From the NCBI GenBank assembly GCA_000002445.1, contig AE017150.2:160001-224000 (forward strand): a stretch of 64,000 bases of DNA, given 5' to 3'. Origin of the DNA: Trypanosoma brucei (Eukaryota). Position 1 is the stretch's first letter. The number at the start of each line of letters is the position of its first letter. Positions 59,301 through 64,000 of the stretch are shown here, in pieces. Position numbers and translations under genes: made by a program. The notes beneath the pieces are model-generated. The model did not search any database and was not told the origin of the DNA. It worked only from the letters and a program-made list of their open reading frames with translations.

Positions 59301-59650
59301 AGTACTATTACATTTTTGTTCTTTTTATCATTGGACTATAGATCCCTATCTCTACACGGATGGAAAATTTAGATTGTATAAATGAAAAGAAGATGTGAAA
59401 AGTTAGTGTAGTATAATCCAATCCTTTAGTTAGTAACAGCACAAATGAAAACAAAACGTTACAATGTTTTCTTACGTCCGTCGATAACATTATTTCTGTC
59501 TTCATCTGTGCCCCTTAAGATTACGGTGTGGCTTAACTCCAGTTACGCGTTAGCCGATAAAATACTACTTTTACTATTCATTAGTCATCTTCATTTCCAC
59601 ATCCCTTCCCTCACCTCCGACAACTATGTAAATTACCACGCCCTTTCCTG
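56356..59650. repeat. B cassette, copy 2
   Basis: It is collinear with 27247-30535. Confidence 0.75.
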
Positions 59651-59958
59651 CACTAACCGCCGCATTTGATTGCTGATTGAAAAGAATAAGATGATTACTA
59701 CACCCGCTATTTGCTGAATATTACCCCCTTGCAGCGCATCCTGTCATGTCAAGCATTAAGACAAAGCCATTTACCCTGTCTTGGCAGTCAGGACTGCTGG
59801 CCTCCCAATGATACGACAACTCAATTTTACATTAAATGAAAAAACGCCGCCTCGCCCCACATTAGCACCGTACACTGTTGACTGCTTGCGTTCACCATAA
59901 CATACCAGGCCGGATATTTTTACCCAGCTTCCACCTCACCTAATGCTATGAAATCGTC

Positions 59959-62484
59959 TCACCCTCCTTGCGCTCCCGCTTGCTCGTTGCGTGGCTGCGG
60001 CGCAGGCTCCATGGCCAGAAGTGGAGCATCCCGATACCAACATTCATCTCTATATGCTCGCATTAGCTGCCCCTGCATTTCTTCCCTTAACGTTACTTGG
60101 TATTGAGCCATGTTTCTCCACATATCTGCCGCTTCGGCGGGGTTGTCGCCATCACAAAGCTGCCATCTTGTAATCACACCACCGTTAACCGAATTAATGT
60201 ATATCATCTCCCAAACCATGTTGCGGGAAAACGCACCCCAATCAGAAAAATATCTTGCCATGTTTTCTCGGAACTTCTTCACCTTATCCGTAGTGGTGGG
60301 GTGCCTCTCCGACTTGGTTACTTGTAAAAGCACAGCTATATTTGGAGTGGTCGGTGGCGCTGCTCCGTCACGGTTTCTCCTGAACCGCCCCTCAACGAAA
60401 AAAAAGCCATCCACCACGGGTTCATTGCCTGTGGCAGGGCGGTAGAGAACCATGTATTCACAATTATCAATTGGTTGCTGGTGGGTCGCAGGTAAGGCCT
60501 TCTGCCCAATGAGTCTCAACTGCTGAGGAGCCATGTCGTTCAGTATGCATCGTTTCTCTTCCAGTCCGCCAGGCCGCTGCAGGTATTTTAAGTTTTCTGC
60601 GATAACTTTAAAAACTCGAGGGAAAAGAAGCGAAAGCAACGCCCTTGATTCAAACACGTTGGCTGCGGCACTCTCGTCTGACATCGTAACTTGACAGATA
60701 GCCATTTTCTCCACATCAATGGCAAGCAGTTTGAAAAATATAGCATTCCCAATGCAAACCGAAAGTGGCCGGCAGCGGTATTCATCGACGCTCTCTCCGG
60801 CATCTCGCACACGGACGATTTTCACTAACCTGTGCGTTACCTTATCATTTCGCCAATCGGCAATTTTCCCCATTATGTCCTCGTAGTGACTTTTGTTGTC
60901 ACCATTGATGGACGTTATCATCTTTTTTGCCTGAGACACACGTTTTGTGTACCCCGCGCTGTTGTAAACGCAACGAGGCACTGGCCCAACCACATTAATA
61001 CGGCTCTTTATTGTTTCCCACTCATTTTCAAGTTCTTCTACAATCCTCGCCTGAGCTTCTTCATCAAGTGCCGCATAGCCTGATGCTACAGACAGCTTAG
61101 TCCATGCCACAAATGCCTTCATGTCACGCACATCATCGCAGTTTATAATAATTCCTACGTCTCTCTTGTCTTTTGACCAGTGATGAAAATGGGCCTCATC
61201 CGGAGAAGTGAGGAGAGTTACACCCCAAGCGTGAACCGGCAGACCATCGGGTGGCGTCTGCGCATTCTTGCATATGTCAACAATGATGTGCCCTTTTTTT
61301 TTCTTGAATACTAACGCAGCTATGACCCTAACAGCAGCTTTCACGTCTTCATATTCCTCAACCCTTCCCTCTTCCCCGGGTTTCTTGTTATATATTAAAT
61401 AGGCGATCCCGTCTGTGAAATACGCAACAACATCAAACATTCCTTCATGGAAGTGAAGCAATGAATGAAGCAAAAATGATCCAACACCGTATGATTTACC
61501 AATACCAGGTGTACCAATAACAATATGTCTCGGTGTTATATCAGCTTTTTCCACCCACCTTCCTTGCAGCCCTCGTTGGATTATATACCACACGCGCATA
61601 ATTTCACGACGGATATATACATGTTTAAAATTTTCCCAGCATATCTCAGCGTCATCCAATGCAAACCTGTTGTATGGCCAACCCTTCTCCGAAGTGAGAA
61701 CAAAAATCTCTAAACCATAAGGTCTCTCCGGCACTCGTGCATCAAGATTCGCAGGAAGAGGATTTATATCCACCTCTTCTTCAGTCCACATGTGTGGCGG
61801 TCTTCCATCGAACACTTTCATGCCAAGTGGCTCTTCATCATAACCCGACATCACATAACTCCATTTTGCATTATAAATGGAATCATACACTCCTTCAAGG
61901 TATACAGCACCATCAGATGCCTGGGCAGCTCGCTTTTCCGCTCTCTTGGCGGCTATCACTGCAGCATCCAACCTTCCCCTCGCCACGGGACCAACAAATT
62001 CCCTTATTTCTCCCTTTCCCTTCTCCTCCCACTGACTGAGGGTGCTAATTTCCTTTTCGTCAAGGTAGTCTACCTTCTCAGACAGATCAATAGCTGTCTT
62101 CACTGTTTTAAACTCATCAGTGCCCCGTACCCTTCCTAGAAGCCTGGCATCCAAAATATAATCCTCCGGGCTCTGAACAAAAATGGGCATCCTAACATTT
62201 TCTGCTTCAGCCACCGCAAAAGTCCCGCCAACGAACTTCTGAATAAAATCGTTCACTGTCATATCCCTCAAACCCGCATAATCCTCCAGCAGCACATCCC
62301 TCACCTTACTATCCATAGTCCAGTTGGGCCCCCCTTCAGTTCTCTGCCGTATTTGTGGAGGCTGAGCAGCAGGAGGCGGTACATTTTCATCCCGTGGTCT
62401 CCTCATGGCTGCTCCAAAATTACCTGCCACTTGTGGATTTTCATTATTTCCTTGTGGAGCTGCGGGACTATTTGCCCTTGACAT
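59959..62484 (-). CDS. RHS: Retrotransposon hot spot protein (RHS), intact B-type gene of 841 aa counted from Met 62484 (MSRANSPAAPQG). The ORF track extends it 39 codons further upstream to 62601.
   Basis: It is a full-length ORF with GTPGIGKSYGVGSFLLHSLLHF and a long C-terminal domain ending ...QPRNEQAGAQGG. The MSRANS start is homologous to the start of the RHS at 36318-38616. Upstream codons read through the C-cassette sequence. Confidence 0.8.
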   Translation of the reverse strand: MSRANSPAAPQGNNENPQVAGNFGAAMRRPRDENVPPPAAQPPQIRQRTEGGPNWTMDSKVRDVLLEDYAGLRDMTVNDFIQKFVGGTFAVAEAENVRMPIFVQSPEDYILDARLLGRVRGTDEFKTVKTAIDLSEKVDYLDEKEISTLSQWEEKGKGEIREFVGPVARGRLDAAVIAAKRAEKRAAQASDGAVYLEGVYDSIYNAKWSYVMSGYDEEPLGMKVFDGRPPHMWTEEEVDINPLPANLDARVPERPYGLEIFVLTSEKGWPYNRFALDDAEICWENFKHVYIRREIMRVWYIIQRGLQGRWVEKADITPRHIVIGTPGIGKSYGVGSFLLHSLLHFHEGMFDVVAYFTDGIAYLIYNKKPGEEGRVEEYEDVKAAVRVIAALVFKKKKGHIIVDICKNAQTPPDGLPVHAWGVTLLTSPDEAHFHHWSKDKRDVGIIINCDDVRDMKAFVAWTKLSVASGYAALDEEAQARIVEELENEWETIKSRINVVGPVPRCVYNSAGYTKRVSQAKKMITSINGDNKSHYEDIMGKIADWRNDKVTHRLVKIVRVRDAGESVDEYRCRPLSVCIGNAIFFKLLAIDVEKMAICQVTMSDESAAANVFESRALLSLLFPRVFKVIAENLKYLQRPGGLEEKRCILNDMAPQQLRLIGQKALPATHQQPIDNCEYMVLYRPATGNEPVVDGFFFVEGRFRRNRDGAAPPTTPNIAVLLQVTKSERHPTTTDKVKKFRENMARYFSDWGAFSRNMVWEMIYINSVNGGVITRWQLCDGDNPAEAADMWRNMAQYQVTLREEMQGQLMRAYRDECWYRDAPLLAMEPAPQPRNEQAGAQGG

Positions 62485-64000
62485 AACTCTCTTAATATTA
62501 ACGTAACTTAACTTCCTTTCCTTTTCTTTTTTCTCTGAAATTATAATTAACTGAATTAAAATAATAGATAAGGAAACAATAGCGGGTGAACAGTGTAACA
62601 TAATATCAAATGTAATATAGCGCGTTAATGTTTATTCACTATTGTTTGTATAATATGATATCATAATGTATTTGGTATTAAGAGGAACAATTTCAAAATA
62701 TAGCAGCTGTAAATAAATATTTCCCTTGCTTCATTATCATGTGCTAAATGTAATATATTCCTGTATCATTCTTTTTAAACCATATATAATATGGAAACAA
62801 AAAATATTACTGCCTCATATACCTGCATCAACACTACGTATATATAATCAATATTTAAAGAGAGTCAAATTCTATCAATTAAAATCAAGTAAAACAATAA
62901 ACAAAAAATTTATGGATATTAATGAAGCGAAGAAATAGAGTATCGGCACAACACAAAGATATACACACACATGGATACACACGGTTACACAACTGCTTCT
63001 TTATATACCCTCCCCATTTTTACAATACGTAACATTCACTTGCATTGAAAGAATTTATTGAAAATATAAATCACTTATCCCCTCCCCCGTGTAATCACTG
63101 ACTTCCAAAGGAGAATATTAAATAATGTCTGTAGGACAGGTAAAAAAAACTGATAGTCTTTTTGCATCAGATAACCAGAAGGTATTTCTGTTTACTTTGA
63201 TTATAAACAAAAACATCATTTTGCCTTCAGTTAAAATAAAATTGATTTACTTGCCTCCTCACTGTTCACAACTAACAACAACTAATTCAGCCCCACATAT
63301 TCACATGAATCTGATGTGCCATGGGTGTTGAATCCATTCACACATCTTCCATGATAGCGATGATACAACATATTGTAAATAATTGGAATAAAATTAATAC
63401 AATTAATTGAGGAAACCGTAAAAGATTATCATAACACATTTTTAAATTTCACTTCCTTTCATTTACACAGATTAAATATGTAATGAGACAATTCCCTTTC
63501 AGTACGTGTCCACACCTATTGTATCATCATTGTAAGTTTCCTATTGCTCATATACACAAAGTTATTATAATAACAAAAAATAAAACAACTCATTGAAACA
63601 ACTTGAAAAAATATATAACAAATAAAGGTAATAAAGAGAATGAGCGTGAACTGACAGATAATAAAATGAAACATGTCTCGCACTTCCCTTCTAAATATTC
63701 AATAGTTGGCGGATTACAAATAAAAACAATTACACATTATAAAAAGGAAAGGATATAATTACATTATGCACCTGCATGAGGATATGTAACAGCGAGTCAT
63801 AGTAGAAATAAATTGCCTAAACACAATAGTTATGGAAGATAAAATAATTCAAAATATCAAAAATATTATTCTATCAACATTCCCTTCCTCCTCCATTAAG
63901 TTTCCAATGGTTTCAAATAATAATTCACATAATCCCATACATATGTTACGATGGGTATTGCATGCAGTACAATTTAAAGGAAGTGTAACTCATATAACAT
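62485..64000. repeat. C cassette, copy 2, cut by the window end
   Basis: It is collinear with 38617-40130. Confidence 0.75.

Noticed and set aside
1-64000. A search for telomeric TTAGGG arrays, VSG or ESAG expression-site hallmarks (70-bp or 50-bp repeats), the 177-bp satellite, and the spliced-leader RNA gene
   Set aside because: None was found. Only a single CCCTAA hexamer occurs, at 30651. No SL exon sequence and no VSG-like ORF is present.

Overview
This window looks like a Trypanosoma brucei-type subtelomeric region. The left end carries an ESAG8-like leucine-rich repeat protein gene (LRRP, + strand, open past the window start). An AT-rich spacer follows. The rest is a long, strand-coherent array of retrotransposon hot spot (RHS) genes and pseudogenes, all on the minus strand. 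There are four apparently intact RHS ORFs (19639-21663, 45540-47567, 50947-52686 and 59959-62484). There are at least six RHS pseudogenes or fragments, with several distinct N-terminal and C-terminal subfamily types. Three RHS copies are interrupted at the same codon, just downstream of the GIGKS P-loop at the G-S-F | I/L-L-Y/H junction, by ingi/RIME non-LTR retroposon sequence. One is a complete RIME with a perfect 12-bp target-site duplication. One is a 5'-truncated RIME with no poly(A) tail and an orphan filler. One is a 1.6-kb ingi 3' fragment that includes the C2H2 zinc-finger ORF end. The array is built from large repeat cassettes: a 3.4-kb S unit in three copies, a 3.3-kb B unit in two copies and a roughly 2-kb C unit in three copies. 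A segmental duplication of about 9.4 kb (17895-27240 vs 43595-53100) has its left edge exactly at the retroelement-interrupted RHS pseudogenes. RHS paralogues are mosaics: subfamily type switches at the retroelement hotspot, at about codon 50, and at a recurrent truncation point. This points to retroelement-mediated and homology-mediated recombination. Other observations include a GC-richer block without ORFs (8341-10500) where the plus-strand and minus-strand gene sets converge, a 45-nt motif conserved at two distant sites, homopolymer and trinucleotide expansions, and microsatellites. No VSG, telomere repeats, rRNA or convincing tRNA genes were found.
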